Made by a program: the position numbers and the translations under genes
The notes under the pieces: generated by a model
The model's database searches: none
What the model was told of the DNA's origin: nothing
Seen by the model: the letters and a program-made list of their open reading frames with translations, nothing else
Shown here: one piece after another, positions 9,701-19,171 of the stretch
Position numbering within the stretch: the stretch's first letter is position 1
Layout of the letters: each line of letters starts with the position of its first letter
DNA from: an uncultured Halobacteria archaeon
Lineage (GTDB): Bacteria > Pseudomonadota > Gammaproteobacteria > UBA9214
Length of the DNA stretch: 64,000 nt
Direction: 5' to 3'
NCBI GenBank assembly: GCA_963768575.1
Contig: CAVYIJ010000001.1
Coordinates: 9,106 to 73,105 of the forward strand

Positions 9701-11218
9701 GTTGTCAGCCCGGAACTCATTGTCGGCAGCAACAGCGATGATGACGGTCCGGACGACGGGATGGACCCGCATACGGTGAATACCACGCCGGCGGCCTCGG
9801 GTGCCATCGTCGGCACCGGTGGCGTGGATTTCCTGGCAGGTGATATTGGCGGTACTACCATCACGGCCACGAACGCCAACGTCATCCTGATACTCGATAC
9901 CTCGGGCAGCATGACCGCATCGATCAACTTTACCGACAGTAACGGCGTGACAACATCGATGTCCCGCATTGAAGCACAGAAGCTGGCGGTGAACAGCCTG
10001 CTGGGCGAGATGGCGGCAAGCGGTGCCAGCGAGGTGCGTGTGCACCTTGTTGAATTCAATACCGACGCTGCAAGTCTGGGTACCTTCGATCTCAAGAGCG
10101 GCGGCCTGCAGTCGGCAATCAATGCGGTCAATGCAACAACCGCCGGTGGATGGACCAACTACGAGGCGGCACTCCAGCAGGCGATAGACTGGTCCGCGGT
10201 GCCGGGCAACCTGTTGAGTGGCAGCAATACCGTCAATCAGGCCTTTTTTGTTTCCGATGGACAGCCGAACCGCTTCTTGCAGACTGATGGCACAGTCAGT
10301 CCCACCGTCTCGGCCGCAAGCGCCATGAGTCAGGTGTTGGGCACGGATACGTCCGGTTCCCAGCAGGACAACACCAACGAGGTCCTGATTCTTGAAGGCC
10401 AGTTCGGGCCCATCGAGGCGGTTGGTATTGCGCTCACCAGTCAGAGTGACATCAGTAACCTGGACCAGATCGAGGGCGAGGCCCGGGGTTCGGGTTCCGC
10501 GGATAACATATTCACGGCGAATGAGCTGATCACGACGCTGTCGGATCTCAATCCGTTGACACAGTTGACTGCGGCGGGTAACGACATTATCAATGGCGGC
10601 GACGGTGACGACATCATTTTCGGTGATTCAATGTTTACCGATGCGCTGGCAGTAAACCAGGGCCTGTCAACACCGGCCGGGTCAGGCTGGCAGGTTTTTG
10701 CCGACCTGGAAGCCACGCCGGGCTGGGGCCGTGAAGAAACTACCGATTACATTCGTGCCAACCACGCTGAACTGGCTGCGGAAGCGACACAGGGCCGCGG
10801 CGGCGGGGACGACATTATCGATGCCGGGGCCGGTAACGACATTGTCTACGGCCAGGAAGGCGACGATCGCATTTCCGGTGGTGCGGGCGATGACATCCTG
10901 TCCGGTGGCAGCGGTGCCGATACTTTCGTCTGGATAGCAAACGAGTCGGGTGCCGACGAGGTACTGGACTTCAATACCGGTGAAGGCGACGTGCTGGATA
11001 TTGCCTCCTTGCTGGTTGGCGAGAGCAATCCGACCGCGGCCGAACTGGACGGCACCTACATGAGTATTGCCTCGGGTGCTGACACGATCATCACCGTATT
11101 CGGCGATAGCGGCAATGCCGACCAGGTTATCCAGCTGACCGGATTCAATACGAGCGGTCTGGACAGCGTGCAGATCATCGAGAACCTGTTGACGAACGGC
11201 AATCTGGTAACGGACTGA
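6047..11218 (+). CDS. lapA: LapA-like giant RTX adhesin / biofilm-associated T1SS substrate (N-terminal retention module, Ig/cadherin-like extender repeats, VWA domain, RTX repeats, C-terminal secretion signal)
   Basis: The open frame runs 5987-11218, but AAGGA at 6034-6038 sits 8 nt before ATG 6047 (MASTQIGRVETVDG...), which matches the LapA-type N-terminus. The product has 3x242-aa repeats, a DTSGSM MIDAS motif, GGxGxD nonapeptide repeats (GGDGDDIIFGD, GGAGDDILSGGSGADTF), and an acidic C-terminal tail. Confidence 0.9.
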   Translation: MASTQIGRVETVDGNLTVTQAGGAATPLQEGMPVYLNDVILADGSAHARLRLNDGSALDINPGQVITLDANIFDASGSYVPVTDGSVAVITLSGIGVVSHVEGKVQVLRDGQPRELVVGDTLYPGDIIQTGTDGAATIRLPDGTDSDIGPGIQARLGAGPLPSSESDFLSSGIEDPAEIQAAILAGRDPSQDAPAPGTGETAGNEGHTHIRILPSDRAVTPESGHDTHGQSLPIQPLIEELLQTEDSIPVIDVTYVTGEPGVVDEAGLPNGSSSNDGSTITSGAFTIDTGNDNIAGLEVQDKDGNWIDVTAGNVMVQGVNGVLTVTGTGGNYQWTYELTNNLTTHADNDTQDGDSDRGTADQVPGEAFDVRVIDDDGDISPPATIDIVVNDDGPTAVDDTNALAEGTVAPVTGDVLLNDTTGADVPAAFVDWASTAASYGTFSDTGNGSYSYVLDNTNPLVQGLDVGESLTETFDYTMVDADGDTSPATLTITINGADDIPTIVVDPGNPGGANDQVFEEALSPDGSNPASNGEFATGTITLADADGLDDLVSVTINGTTVALGSLAGSVFAGTNGTLTVTAYDALTGVATYSYELTAPATDVAGIESDDFTLTVSDGSTDSAPVSIVIEIIDDVPTAVDDTNALAEGTVAPVTGDVLLNDTTGADVPAAFVDWASTAASYGTFTDTGNGSYSYVLDNTDPLVQGLDVGESLTETFDYTMVDADGDTSPATLTITINGADDIPTIVVDPGNPGGANDQVLEEALSPDGSNPASNGEFATGTFTLADADGLDDLVSVTINGTTVALGSLAGSVFAGTNGTLTVTAYDALTGVATYSYELTAPATDVAGIESDDFTLTVSDGTTDSAPASIVIEIIDDVPTAVDDTNALAEGTVAPVTGDVLANDVSGADVPAAFVSFASTAASYGTFTDTGNGTYSYLLDNTDPRVQGLDVGESLTETFAYTMVDADGDTSPATLTITINGADDIPTIVVDPGNPGGANDQVLEEALSPDGSNPASNGEFATGTFTLADADGLDDLVSVTINGTTVALGSLAGSVFAGTNGTLTVTAYDALTGVATYSYELTAPATDVAGIESDDFTLTVSDGSTDSAPVSIVIEIIDDVPTVSGANLGEFDEGSGPQIIGPVETVLNITPGADGLQSITFTSLNSLGGTLEVINGQLVYTPPADVDNGDSGTDLQLETFQVTVTDGDGDIAVSQVSVEVVSPELIVGSNSDDDGPDDGMDPHTVNTTPAASGAIVGTGGVDFLAGDIGGTTITATNANVILILDTSGSMTASINFTDSNGVTTSMSRIEAQKLAVNSLLGEMAASGASEVRVHLVEFNTDAASLGTFDLKSGGLQSAINAVNATTAGGWTNYEAALQQAIDWSAVPGNLLSGSNTVNQAFFVSDGQPNRFLQTDGTVSPTVSAASAMSQVLGTDTSGSQQDNTNEVLILEGQFGPIEAVGIALTSQSDISNLDQIEGEARGSGSADNIFTANELITTLSDLNPLTQLTAAGNDIINGGDGDDIIFGDSMFTDALAVNQGLSTPAGSGWQVFADLEATPGWGREETTDYIRANHAELAAEATQGRGGGDDIIDAGAGNDIVYGQEGDDRISGGAGDDILSGGSGADTFVWIANESGADEVLDFNTGEGDVLDIASLLVGESNPTAAELDGTYMSIASGADTIITVFGDSGNADQVIQLTGFNTSGLDSVQIIENLLTNGNLVTD
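7223..9400 (+). repeat. Three tandem near-identical 726-bp (242-aa) coding repeats inside the adhesin gene (7223-7948, 7949-8674, 8675-9400)
   Basis: The period is exactly 726 bp (the motif gtgccgacggcggtggacgacacgaac recurs at 7949 and 8675). Copies 1 and 2 differ at only a few codons; copy 3 is slightly more diverged. Each unit contains a VDDTNALAEG...GDVLLNDTTGAD cadherin/VCBS-like module. Confidence 0.9.
9875..10290 (+). other. von Willebrand factor A (VWA) domain of the adhesin
   Basis: ANVILILDTSGSM (MIDAS DxSxS) ... FFVSDGQPN. Confidence 0.7.
10590..10930 (+). other. RTX calcium-binding nonapeptide repeats followed by a C-terminal T1SS secretion signal (to 11218)
   Basis: GGDGDDIIFGD; GGGDDIIDAGAGNDIVYGQEGDDRISGGAGDDILSGGSGADTF. 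Confidence 0.75.
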
Positions 11219-11349
11219 CAAAACGCGGGGCAACGGTGGTCCGGGCCGCCGGGCTTACCGGCCCCGGACAGTATTTCGGGTAATACTCTTTCTCCGGGTG
11301 TGTAATAATCACGCCCTGTTCTCAGGGTGCCGGGGAAGGCAGTTAATCC

Positions 11350-12597
11350 ATGTATCGTCCACTCGAACTGTTTATTGGCCTGCGCTATACGCACTCCAAG
11401 CGACGGACACACTTCATTTCCTTTATTTCACTGACGTCCATGCTCGGCATTATGCTGGGTGTTATGGCGCTGATTACGGTGCTCTCCGTGATGAACGGTT
11501 TCGAGAAGGAGCTGCGCGCACGCATTCTCGGCATGGCATCGCATGCGACCATCACCTCGTTTGAAGGCCGCCTGGCTGACTGGGAGACTCTGGCGGAGAG
11601 CGTGATTGGTGAACCGCATGTGCTGGCGGTCGCGCCCTACGTGCGTGGCGAGACCATGTTGAGTTACAGCAAGCAGACGAGTGGTGCGATCCTGCGCGGT
11701 ATATTGCCCGGCGTCGAGAATAATGTCTCGGATGTAATCTCGCATATCATCGGCGGGGATGTCAGCCAGCTCAAGGAAGGTGGATACGGGATTATCCTCG
11801 GGAGTGAACTGGCGACAGCGCTGGGTGCAGGTATTGGTGACGCAGTAACCGTCGTAGCCCCACAGATCAGGGTTGGTCCGACCGGTATTATGCCCCGCCT
11901 GAGACGCTTTACCGTGGTTGGAATATTCGAGGTCGGGATGTACGAGTTCGACCGTGGCGTAGCCCTGGTGCACATACGCGATGCCGCACGCCTGTTCAGG
12001 CTGGAAGACAATGTATCCGGGCTGCGACTCAGGTTAGATGATGTCTTCGATGCGCCCACTGTAAGTCGACAGCTGGCTGGCAGGCTGCAGGGTGATTATC
12101 TCATTGAAGACTGGACACGGCGTCACGCGAACTTTTTCCGGGCGGTCAAGACCGAAAAGCGCGTTATGTTCATTATTCTTACACTGATTGTCGCGGTCGC
12201 CGCATTTAATATCGTGTCCACAATGATTATGGTGGTAACGGACAAGCGAGCGGATATTGCCATATTGAGGACACTGGGTGCGACGCCCGGGTCGATAATG
12301 TCGATTTTTATCATTCAGGGAGTGGTGATCGGCGTGCTCGGCACGGCGCTCGGCGTGGCAGGCGGCGTCGCGCTGGCGCTGAATATCGAGACGATCGTCC
12401 CGGCAATCGAGAGCTTTTTCAACGTTCAGTTCCTCGATGCCAATGTGTACTACATCAGCGATGTACCGTCCGAGTTGCGCTGGGATGATGTCTGGCTGAT
12501 GGCGGGCGTCGCGCTGGTTCTGAGTCTGCTTGCCACGTTGTATCCCGCCTGGCGGGCTGCGCGGACGCAGCCTGCGGAGGCCTTGCGTTATGAGTAA
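11350..12597 (+). CDS. lolC: Lipoprotein-release ABC transporter permease, LolC/LolE family
   Basis: 415 aa with an N-terminal TM, a large periplasmic loop and a C-terminal FtsX-like four-TM bundle. Its stop overlaps the lolD start (ATGAGTAA). Confidence 0.85.
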   Translation: MYRPLELFIGLRYTHSKRRTHFISFISLTSMLGIMLGVMALITVLSVMNGFEKELRARILGMASHATITSFEGRLADWETLAESVIGEPHVLAVAPYVRGETMLSYSKQTSGAILRGILPGVENNVSDVISHIIGGDVSQLKEGGYGIILGSELATALGAGIGDAVTVVAPQIRVGPTGIMPRLRRFTVVGIFEVGMYEFDRGVALVHIRDAARLFRLEDNVSGLRLRLDDVFDAPTVSRQLAGRLQGDYLIEDWTRRHANFFRAVKTEKRVMFIILTLIVAVAAFNIVSTMIMVVTDKRADIAILRTLGATPGSIMSIFIIQGVVIGVLGTALGVAGGVALALNIETIVPAIESFFNVQFLDANVYYISDVPSELRWDDVWLMAGVALVLSLLATLYPAWRAARTQPAEALRYE

Positions 12598-13273
12598 TGT
12601 GCTTGAATGCAGCGGGCTGCAAAAGAGTTTCCTGGAAGGCAGGGAGATGCTGCAAATATTGAAGAGTATCGACTTCGCTGTCGCGGCAGGCGAGCAGGTC
12701 GCCATCATGGGCGCATCAGGCAGTGGCAAAAGTACCTTGCTGCACCTGCTCGGCGGGCTTGACGAACCAACGGCGGGCACAGTTGCCATTAGCGGCCAGT
12801 CGCTGGCGAGCTTGTCGGCGGTGAAACTCGGCCGACTGCGCAACACGGCGCTGGGATTTATCTACCAGTTCCACCACCTGTTGCCCGAGTTCACGGCGCT
12901 GGAGAATGTCGCCATGCCATTGCTGGTCCGGGGGCTGCAACCGGCGGTTGCATGTGAGCAGGCAACCGGCATGCTTGAAAGGGTAGGCCTGTCCGGGCGC
13001 ATTACGCACAAGCCGGGGGAGCTGTCCGGTGGCGAACGGCAACGCGCGGCAGTTGCGCGTGCGCTGGTGGCGCGTCCGCAGTGCGTTATAGCTGATGAGC
13101 CGACCGGAAACCTGGACCGGCACAATGCCGGCCAGGTCTACCAGTTAATGCTGGAGTTGAACCAGGAACTGGGCACCAGCTTGCTGGTGGCAACACATGA
13201 CCCGTCAATCGCCGAGCGCATGGACCGTATCGTGCGCCTGGATGATGGTCATTTGTTTGACCACGAGGAGTAA
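12590..13273 (+). CDS. lolD: Lipoprotein-release ABC transporter ATP-binding protein LolD
   Basis: [14 protein letters not shown]..., Walker [10 protein letters not shown], signature LSGGERQR, Walker B VIADEP. Confidence 0.9.
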   Translation: MSNVLECSGLQKSFLEGREMLQILKSIDFAVAAGEQVAIMGASGSGKSTLLHLLGGLDEPTAGTVAISGQSLASLSAVKLGRLRNTALGFIYQFHHLLPEFTALENVAMPLLVRGLQPAVACEQATGMLERVGLSGRITHKPGELSGGERQRAAVARALVARPQCVIADEPTGNLDRHNAGQVYQLMLELNQELGTSLLVATHDPSIAERMDRIVRLDDGHLFDHEE

Positions 13274-13311
13274 TACTTCTAAGGCAGATTATATTATGTT
13301 CAGGGAAGAAC

Positions 13312-15633
13312 ATGACTTTACAAGCAATTTCATTTATTGCCGGCGTCCTTTCCAGGCACTTGTACGATGTTCTTCCAGTAGTTTCGAGCTTGCTTGCGGC
13401 AGTGATTGCCGTGCCCATGCTGTGCTTCCCGCGCGGCCGCCTGTTGGCGATATACCTGCTTGGCTTCAGCTGGGCGGCCGTGCACGGCATGCCGCCGCTG
13501 GAGCCGGACCTGTTCGCGCGATTGCATGGCAAAACCGTCCTCATCGAGGGCACCGTTTTGCACCGACCGGAGCAGCGTAATAACCGCCAGATACGTTTCC
13601 TGTTCCAGGCTGAAAAACTCGATGACGGCTCAGGCTGGCAGGCGTTCGATTCACGCATTCGACTGGACTGGTTCGATAAGCATGCCAATCCCGCGGCAGG
13701 TGAGCGCTGGCAGTTCGCCGTTCGCCTGAAGGAGCCGCGTGGTTTTGCAAACCCGGGTGGTTTCGATTACGAATTGTGGTTGTTTCAACAGCGAATCCGC
13801 GCAACCGGTTATGTGCGCGCTGATAGCCGCAACCACAGGCAAGGCCGCGACCGCGTTTCACCGGTAACCAGGCTGCGTAACCGGCTGGCAGAATCCATCG
13901 ACAGGGAGGTCGATGCGGCACCGGCGATGGCGCTGGTGGCGGCCCTGACGATTGGTCAGCGTAACCACATCAGCAGCGATCAATGGCAGGTGTTGCGCGC
14001 GACCGGCACCAGCCACCTGATGGCGATTTCGGGGCTGCACATCAGCCTGGTTGCCGGGCTGGTGTTCGGGTGTGTGCGTTTTGCCTGGTCGCGGGTGGCG
14101 CGCCTGGCGGGCCTCGTTCCGGCGCCGCGCATGGCTGCGCTGGCCGCATTGCTGGCAAGCCTGTTGTATGCATTGTTGTCAGGATTCGCCATTCCCGCGC
14201 AGCGCGCACTGATCATGGTGGCTGCGCTCATGCTTGCCATTCTCTCGGGACGCAGTGTTTCTTTTCCGGCGATAATCAGCGTGGCGGCAATCGTCACCCT
14301 GCTGCTTGATCCCTTGTCGATTTTGTCTGCCGGCTGGTGGCTGTCATTCTGGGCGGTGACGGCAATCGCGTGGTTTTCGGTCGGACGCCGGGGTGGCCGT
14401 TGCAATCTCCGTCGCTGGGTCATCATGCCCGCAGTGCTGGCATTTTGCATGGCGCCGGTGTTGTTGTTGTTTTTCCAGCAAGTGTCGCTGATTGCGCCGC
14501 TGGCCAATATCATTGCAGTGCCCTGGGTCAGTTTCCTGGTCGTGCCACCGGCACTGGCGGGAACCGTATTGTTTGTCGTGAGCGAGCCGGCCGGGCTGCT
14601 GTTGATGAAGTTGTCGGCATGGCTGCTGGACAGCCTGTGGCAGGGCCTTGAATGGCTGGCGGATGTTGAATTTGCATTGCTGGGCTGGCCACAGCCGCCG
14701 ATCTGGGTGCTGTTGTTTGCCGTGATCGGCGTGGGGCTGCTGTGCGTCCCGCGCGGCCTGCCGGGCCGCTGGTCCGGCGCGCTGCTGTTGTTGCCACTGG
14801 TGCTGTTCGCGCGTCCGCAGCCTGCCGCGGGTGAGGCCTGGATTACGCTGCTGGATGTTGGCCAGGGCCTGGCCGCGGTTGTCAGGACTGCCACGCATAC
14901 CCTGGTTTACGATACCGGTCCCGCATTTGGCGCGGACTTCGATACCGGCCGCGCGGTTGTGGCACCTTACCTCCGCTACCAGGGCGTGCACGGCATTGAC
15001 CGGCTGATGATCAGCCATGGTGACAACGATCACATCGGCGGGGCCCGGTCGTTGCTGGATGACTACCCGGTGACCGATGTGCTCACCAGTGTACCGGGCT
15101 CATTCGCCGACAGGGAGCCGCTGGCGTGCCGGAGTGGCAGGCATTGGACATGGGACGGTGTCGAATTCACGGTTCTGCATCCATCCCGCGATGACGATTA
15201 TCAGGGCAATGACGCCTCCTGCGTATTGCGTGTCCAGGCCGCCGGCGGCCAGAGCCTGTTGTTGCCGGGCGATATCGAACAGTCAGGCGAGCGTGCCTTG
15301 CTGCACCGCTATGGTAATCGCCTTGCCTCGACGGTACTGGTGGTGCCGCACCATGGCAGCAAGACATCTTCATCGGCCGCGTTTGTCAGGGCAGTCAGTC
15401 CCGCAGTTGCACTGATTCCCGCCGGCTACCGGAACCGCTACCGCTTCCCACGCCCCGAGATTGTCGCCCGCTATGCGGCGGCAGGCAGCCGCATGCTGGA
15501 AACCGGTCGTTCGGGTGCCATTACCGTCAAATTGTCCCCGCAACCCGGTAATCTGAAGATAACCCGCTTCCGTGCGGAGCAGCCAAGGTACTGGCGCCGG
15601 CCGGAACAGGCGGCAGCGCGGTTTGGCTATTGA
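13312..15633 (+). CDS. comEC: DNA internalization/competence protein ComEC/Rec2 (multi-TM competence domain + metallo-beta-lactamase domain)
   Basis: 773 aa, polytopic N-terminal part, C-terminal HGDNDHIGG metallo-hydrolase motif. Confidence 0.85.
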   Translation: MTLQAISFIAGVLSRHLYDVLPVVSSLLAAVIAVPMLCFPRGRLLAIYLLGFSWAAVHGMPPLEPDLFARLHGKTVLIEGTVLHRPEQRNNRQIRFLFQAEKLDDGSGWQAFDSRIRLDWFDKHANPAAGERWQFAVRLKEPRGFANPGGFDYELWLFQQRIRATGYVRADSRNHRQGRDRVSPVTRLRNRLAESIDREVDAAPAMALVAALTIGQRNHISSDQWQVLRATGTSHLMAISGLHISLVAGLVFGCVRFAWSRVARLAGLVPAPRMAALAALLASLLYALLSGFAIPAQRALIMVAALMLAILSGRSVSFPAIISVAAIVTLLLDPLSILSAGWWLSFWAVTAIAWFSVGRRGGRCNLRRWVIMPAVLAFCMAPVLLLFFQQVSLIAPLANIIAVPWVSFLVVPPALAGTVLFVVSEPAGLLLMKLSAWLLDSLWQGLEWLADVEFALLGWPQPPIWVLLFAVIGVGLLCVPRGLPGRWSGALLLLPLVLFARPQPAAGEAWITLLDVGQGLAAVVRTATHTLVYDTGPAFGADFDTGRAVVAPYLRYQGVHGIDRLMISHGDNDHIGGARSLLDDYPVTDVLTSVPGSFADREPLACRSGRHWTWDGVEFTVLHPSRDDDYQGNDASCVLRVQAAGGQSLLLPGDIEQSGERALLHRYGNRLASTVLVVPHHGSKTSSSAAFVRAVSPAVALIPAGYRNRYRFPRPEIVARYAAAGSRMLETGRSGAITVKLSPQPGNLKITRFRAEQPRYWRRPEQAAARFGY

Positions 15634-15695
15634 CGCAAATACAGTATGATTCCCACCGGTTACACTTTCAGGCAGACAAAAAGGACGGTGACACA

Positions 15696-16322
15696 GTGCT
15701 GGAACTGGTGAAAGCAGGCGGCTGGCTCATGCTGCCTATCATTGCATGTTCGGTGATCGCGGTAGCCATTATCGCGGAACGGCTCTGGTCGCTGCGATTG
15801 CGGCGGGTACTGCCGAAACACCTGGTCTCCCAGGTCTGGCGCTGGGAGAAAATTCATCAACTCAATGACGAGCATATGCGGGAATTGCAGGCAAGCTCGC
15901 CACTGGGTTCCATTCTTGCGGCAGGTATCGCCAACCGTCACCAGGACCGCGCGGTCATGAAAGAGAGTATCGAGGATACCGGGCGGCATGTGGTCCATGA
16001 ACTCGAACGTTACCTCAATTCGCTGGGTACGATAGCCGCCATTACTCCCTTGCTCGGTTTGCTGGGTACCGTTATCGGCATGATCAAGGTGTTCTCGACG
16101 ATTACCACGCAGGGTGTCGGTAATCCCGGTGCGCTGGCGGGCGGTATTTCAGAGGCACTGTTGACGACGGCCGCAGGCATGTCCGTCGCAATTCCGACCC
16201 TGATGTTCTATCGCTATTTCAGGGGGCGGGTACGAATGCTGGTATTGCGCATGGAGCAGGAAGCCATGCTGATGGTTGAAATCATGCACGGGACGCGCAA
16301 AGCCGGAGGCCGAAACAAATGA
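15696..16322 (+). CDS. exbB: MotA/TolQ/ExbB-family proton channel protein
   Basis: Three-TM TolQ/ExbB-like sequence. GTG at 15696 lies 10 nt after AAGGA; the longer frame from 15630 overlaps the comEC end. Confidence 0.75.
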   Translation: MLELVKAGGWLMLPIIACSVIAVAIIAERLWSLRLRRVLPKHLVSQVWRWEKIHQLNDEHMRELQASSPLGSILAAGIANRHQDRAVMKESIEDTGRHVVHELERYLNSLGTIAAITPLLGLLGTVIGMIKVFSTITTQGVGNPGALAGGISEALLTTAAGMSVAIPTLMFYRYFRGRVRMLVLRMEQEAMLMVEIMHGTRKAGGRNK

Positions 16323-16738
16323 ACCTGCAACCCGGCGATACTGATGAACCGGACGTCAACCTGACGCCACTGATCGATGTCGTATTTCTGCTGCTGATTT
16401 TTTTCATGGTATCAACGACGTTTGAGCACCAGTCGCGCATACAGGTCGAGCTGCCCGAGGCCAGTGCAGAACCCACCACGCCGGAAGACGAGTCGCTGGA
16501 AATTATTATCGATGCACAGGGCCGGTATTTCATCGGAGAGCAGCAGGTCGTGAATTCGCAACTGAAAACCCTGAAAGGCGCGATAATGGAATTCATCGGT
16601 CATCGTGCCGATATGCCGGTCATTGTCCGCGCGGATGCCAATTCGCCACACCAGTCTGTCGTCACGGTGCTGGATGCAGCCAGCCAGCTCGGCCTGACGC
16701 GAATATCACTCGCGACCACCCAGACCCGGGAAGAATAG
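16319..16738 (+). CDS. exbD: ExbD/TolR-family biopolymer transport protein
   Basis: 139 aa, single N-terminal TM (LTPLIDVVFLLLIFFMV), overlaps the exbB stop. Confidence 0.8.
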   Translation: MNLQPGDTDEPDVNLTPLIDVVFLLLIFFMVSTTFEHQSRIQVELPEASAEPTTPEDESLEIIIDAQGRYFIGEQQVVNSQLKTLKGAIMEFIGHRADMPVIVRADANSPHQSVVTVLDAASQLGLTRISLATTQTREE

Positions 16739-16769
16739 GCCGCGCACAGGCGGTGCTGGTTCATCCCGA

Positions 16770-17771
16770 ATGAAGCGGCTCGATTATTACTGGTATGCAC
16801 GCAGTCCCTGGTTGCTGTTGCTGACGCCGCTGTCACTGATATTCCGTATTGCATCCGGGTTGCGCAGGTACGCATACCGGCGTGGCATCCTCCGCAGCCA
16901 CCGGTTATCGGTGCCCGTGATCGTGGTTGGTAATATCACGGTAGGCGGCACCGGCAAAACGCCACTGGTTGCCTGGCTGGCGGATTACCTGCGCAACAAG
17001 GGTTATCAGCCGGGAATTGTTGCGCGTGGTTATGGCGGTAAATCGAAGCAGTGGCCGCAACAGGTGCGCCCGGACAGTGACCCCGTTGCTGTCGGTGACG
17101 AGGCCGTTATGCTGGCCGGCAGGACGCGCTGTCCACTGGCGGTGGCGCCGGACCGCGTTGCTGCCGCCAATGCACTGGTACGGCATGGTGATTGTAATGT
17201 CATTATCAGCGATGATGGCCTGCAGCACTACGCGCTGCAACGTGATATCGAGATTGCTGTTATAGACGGTATACGCCGGTTCGGTTCCGGTTTTATGCTG
17301 CCGGCCGGTCCGTTGCGCGAACCCGTGAGCCGCCTGGCCCAGGTCGACCTGGTGGTCGTGAACGGCCTGGGGGCGAGCAGTGAACACCCGATGCGACTGT
17401 CTGTCGGGGATGCGCATAACCTGGTAGACGGCACGCGGCGTAAATTGTCCGACTTCCAGTCAGTACCTGTACACGCAGTAGCCGGTATCGGTAATCCGGA
17501 GCGCTTCTTCCGCGCGTTGCAACAATCGATCCGGTCGGTTGAAGCGCACTCGTTTCCGGACCATTACCGGTTTGCCCCGAACGATCTCGATTTCGGCGAT
17601 GACAGGGCAGTGCTTATGACCGAGAAGGATGCGGTAAAATGTCGTCACTTTGCCACGGGCAAGACGTGGTATGTGCCGGTCGAAGTGGATATGAAAGATG
17701 AATTCGTGGCCCGGCTTGACAAATTACTTGAACAGCGGATACCGCAGCATGCTGCCAGCCAGCTTGCATGA
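16770..17771 (+). CDS. lpxK: Tetraacyldisaccharide 4'-kinase LpxK
   Basis: P-loop [12 protein letters not shown], 333 aa, followed by ycaR and kdsB as in other gammaproteobacteria. Confidence 0.9.
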   Translation: MKRLDYYWYARSPWLLLLTPLSLIFRIASGLRRYAYRRGILRSHRLSVPVIVVGNITVGGTGKTPLVAWLADYLRNKGYQPGIVARGYGGKSKQWPQQVRPDSDPVAVGDEAVMLAGRTRCPLAVAPDRVAAANALVRHGDCNVIISDDGLQHYALQRDIEIAVIDGIRRFGSGFMLPAGPLREPVSRLAQVDLVVVNGLGASSEHPMRLSVGDAHNLVDGTRRKLSDFQSVPVHAVAGIGNPERFFRALQQSIRSVEAHSFPDHYRFAPNDLDFGDDRAVLMTEKDAVKCRHFATGKTWYVPVEVDMKDEFVARLDKLLEQRIPQHAASQLA

Positions 17772-17793
17772 CGGGACTCGCCTGGAGACGGAT

Positions 17794-17973
17794 GTGGACA
17801 AGAAATTACTCGAAATTCTGGCCTGCCCGCTATGCAAGGGGCCGCTGCTCTACAACAAGGAGAGCCGGGAACTCATCTGCAAGGCAGACCGCCTTGCCTT
17901 TCCTGTCGAGGATGATATCCCGGTAATGCTGGCGGAAGCGGCACGGGAAATCCCTGCGGATGAAGAGCTCTGA
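17794..17973 (+). CDS. ycaR: Trm112/YcaR-like (UPF0434) small zinc-ribbon protein
   Basis: [18 protein letters not shown]...; GTG at 17794 lies 5 nt after GGAGA. The frame is open further upstream, overlapping the lpxK end. Confidence 0.6.
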   Translation: MDKKLLEILACPLCKGPLLYNKESRELICKADRLAFPVEDDIPVMLAEAAREIPADEEL

Positions 17974-17985
17974 TTGTCTATATAA

Positions 17986-18732
17986 ATGGGTGATAAATCC
18001 TTCAAGGTTGTTATACCGGCGCGTTATGGATCGACCCGCCTGCCGGGCAAGCCGCTGTTGCCTGTCGCCGGTAAACCCATGTTGCAGCATGTGTACGAGC
18101 GTGCAGTGCAAAGCGGCGCCGGCGAGGTGGTGATTGCTACCGATGATCAACGGATCGAGTCCGCGGCAGCCGGTTTTGGTGCGGTTGCCTGTCTGACCTC
18201 GGACTCACATGAATCAGGCACCGAGCGTATTGCGGAAATCGCGAGCAAGCTGGACTGGCATGACGAGACGGTGGTGGTCAATGTACAGGGTGACGAGCCG
18301 TTGATGCCGCCCGCGCTGATAGGCCAGGTGGCCGCAGACCTTTCACGGCATTCGCAGGCGGTAGTTGCCACCCTGGCTTGCCCGTTGACGGACAGGGCTG
18401 AGTGGCTGGATCCCAACGTCGTCAAGGCGGTGCTGGACCGCGATGGTTTTGCCCTGTATTTCAGCCGTGCGCCGGTGCCTTTTGCGCGTGATGCAAATGA
18501 AACGGACAGGCCCGCCGCGCTGCGGCATATTGGCCTGTACGCCTATCGAGCTGCCTTCCTGAAGCAATACAGTGTGCTTGAACCGTCACCGCTCGAAGCG
18601 CTGGAAAAACTCGAGCAGTTGCGGGTACTCTGGCACGGATTGAAAATTCACGTCGGTATTGCAGATGAACAACCGGGTCCCGGTGTGGACACGATAGAAG
18701 ATCTCGAGCGGGTCGCTGCCATACTGAAATGA
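17986..18732 (+). CDS. kdsB: 3-deoxy-manno-octulosonate cytidylyltransferase (CMP-KDO synthetase)
   Basis: VVIPARYGSTRLPGKPL ... NVQGDEPL. Confidence 0.9.
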   Translation: MGDKSFKVVIPARYGSTRLPGKPLLPVAGKPMLQHVYERAVQSGAGEVVIATDDQRIESAAAGFGAVACLTSDSHESGTERIAEIASKLDWHDETVVVNVQGDEPLMPPALIGQVAADLSRHSQAVVATLACPLTDRAEWLDPNVVKAVLDRDGFALYFSRAPVPFARDANETDRPAALRHIGLYAYRAAFLKQYSVLEPSPLEALEKLEQLRVLWHGLKIHVGIADEQPGPGVDTIEDLERVAAILK

Positions 18733-18763
18733 ATGGCGCCGGTCCGATCAGTGGACCTGCGGG

Positions 18764-19171
18764 CTAGTCGCGCGCGGCCAAAGCCTCCTCGATGTGGTCT
18801 TCTATACGGTTCGTGTCTGTCTTGCGCATGTTGGTGAACTGTATACCGATATGGTAACTGTCCTGGGCGAGCCTTTCCGAATGGACAATCATGGCTTCGA
18901 GTTGCAGGTTCATGCTGCGTCGACTGATCGGGCGCAGTGAAAATTTCACCGTCACGCGGACATCGCTGACCTGCCCTGGCACACGCTGATTATCGGGAAT
19001 GATTGCAATATATGTTGCGTGGTTGCATTCGAGTTTCAGGCCGCCAGCGGACAGGTTTAATATTGTTGCATCATACTGCTGACCGCCGGGCACGCCGAAT
19101 CGGCAGGGAATTTCCGTGTCGATCCGGTTATTTTTGCGGTCGATGGCGAAATGTTGTTTATCTGTTCCCAT
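18764..19171 (-). CDS. PilZ-domain c-di-GMP-binding protein
   Basis: RKNNRIDTEIPCRF (RxxxR) and ATILNLSAGGLKLE (D/NxSxxG) motifs; 135 aa. Confidence 0.8.
   Translation of the reverse strand: MGTDKQHFAIDRKNNRIDTEIPCRFGVPGGQQYDATILNLSAGGLKLECNHATYIAIIPDNQRVPGQVSDVRVTVKFSLRPISRRSMNLQLEAMIVHSERLAQDSYHIGIQFTNMRKTDTNRIEDHIEEALAARD

Noticed and set aside
13980-15033. Minus-strand ORFs of 304 aa and 229 aa
   Set aside because: They are antisense to comEC and have low-complexity R/A/P-rich translation.
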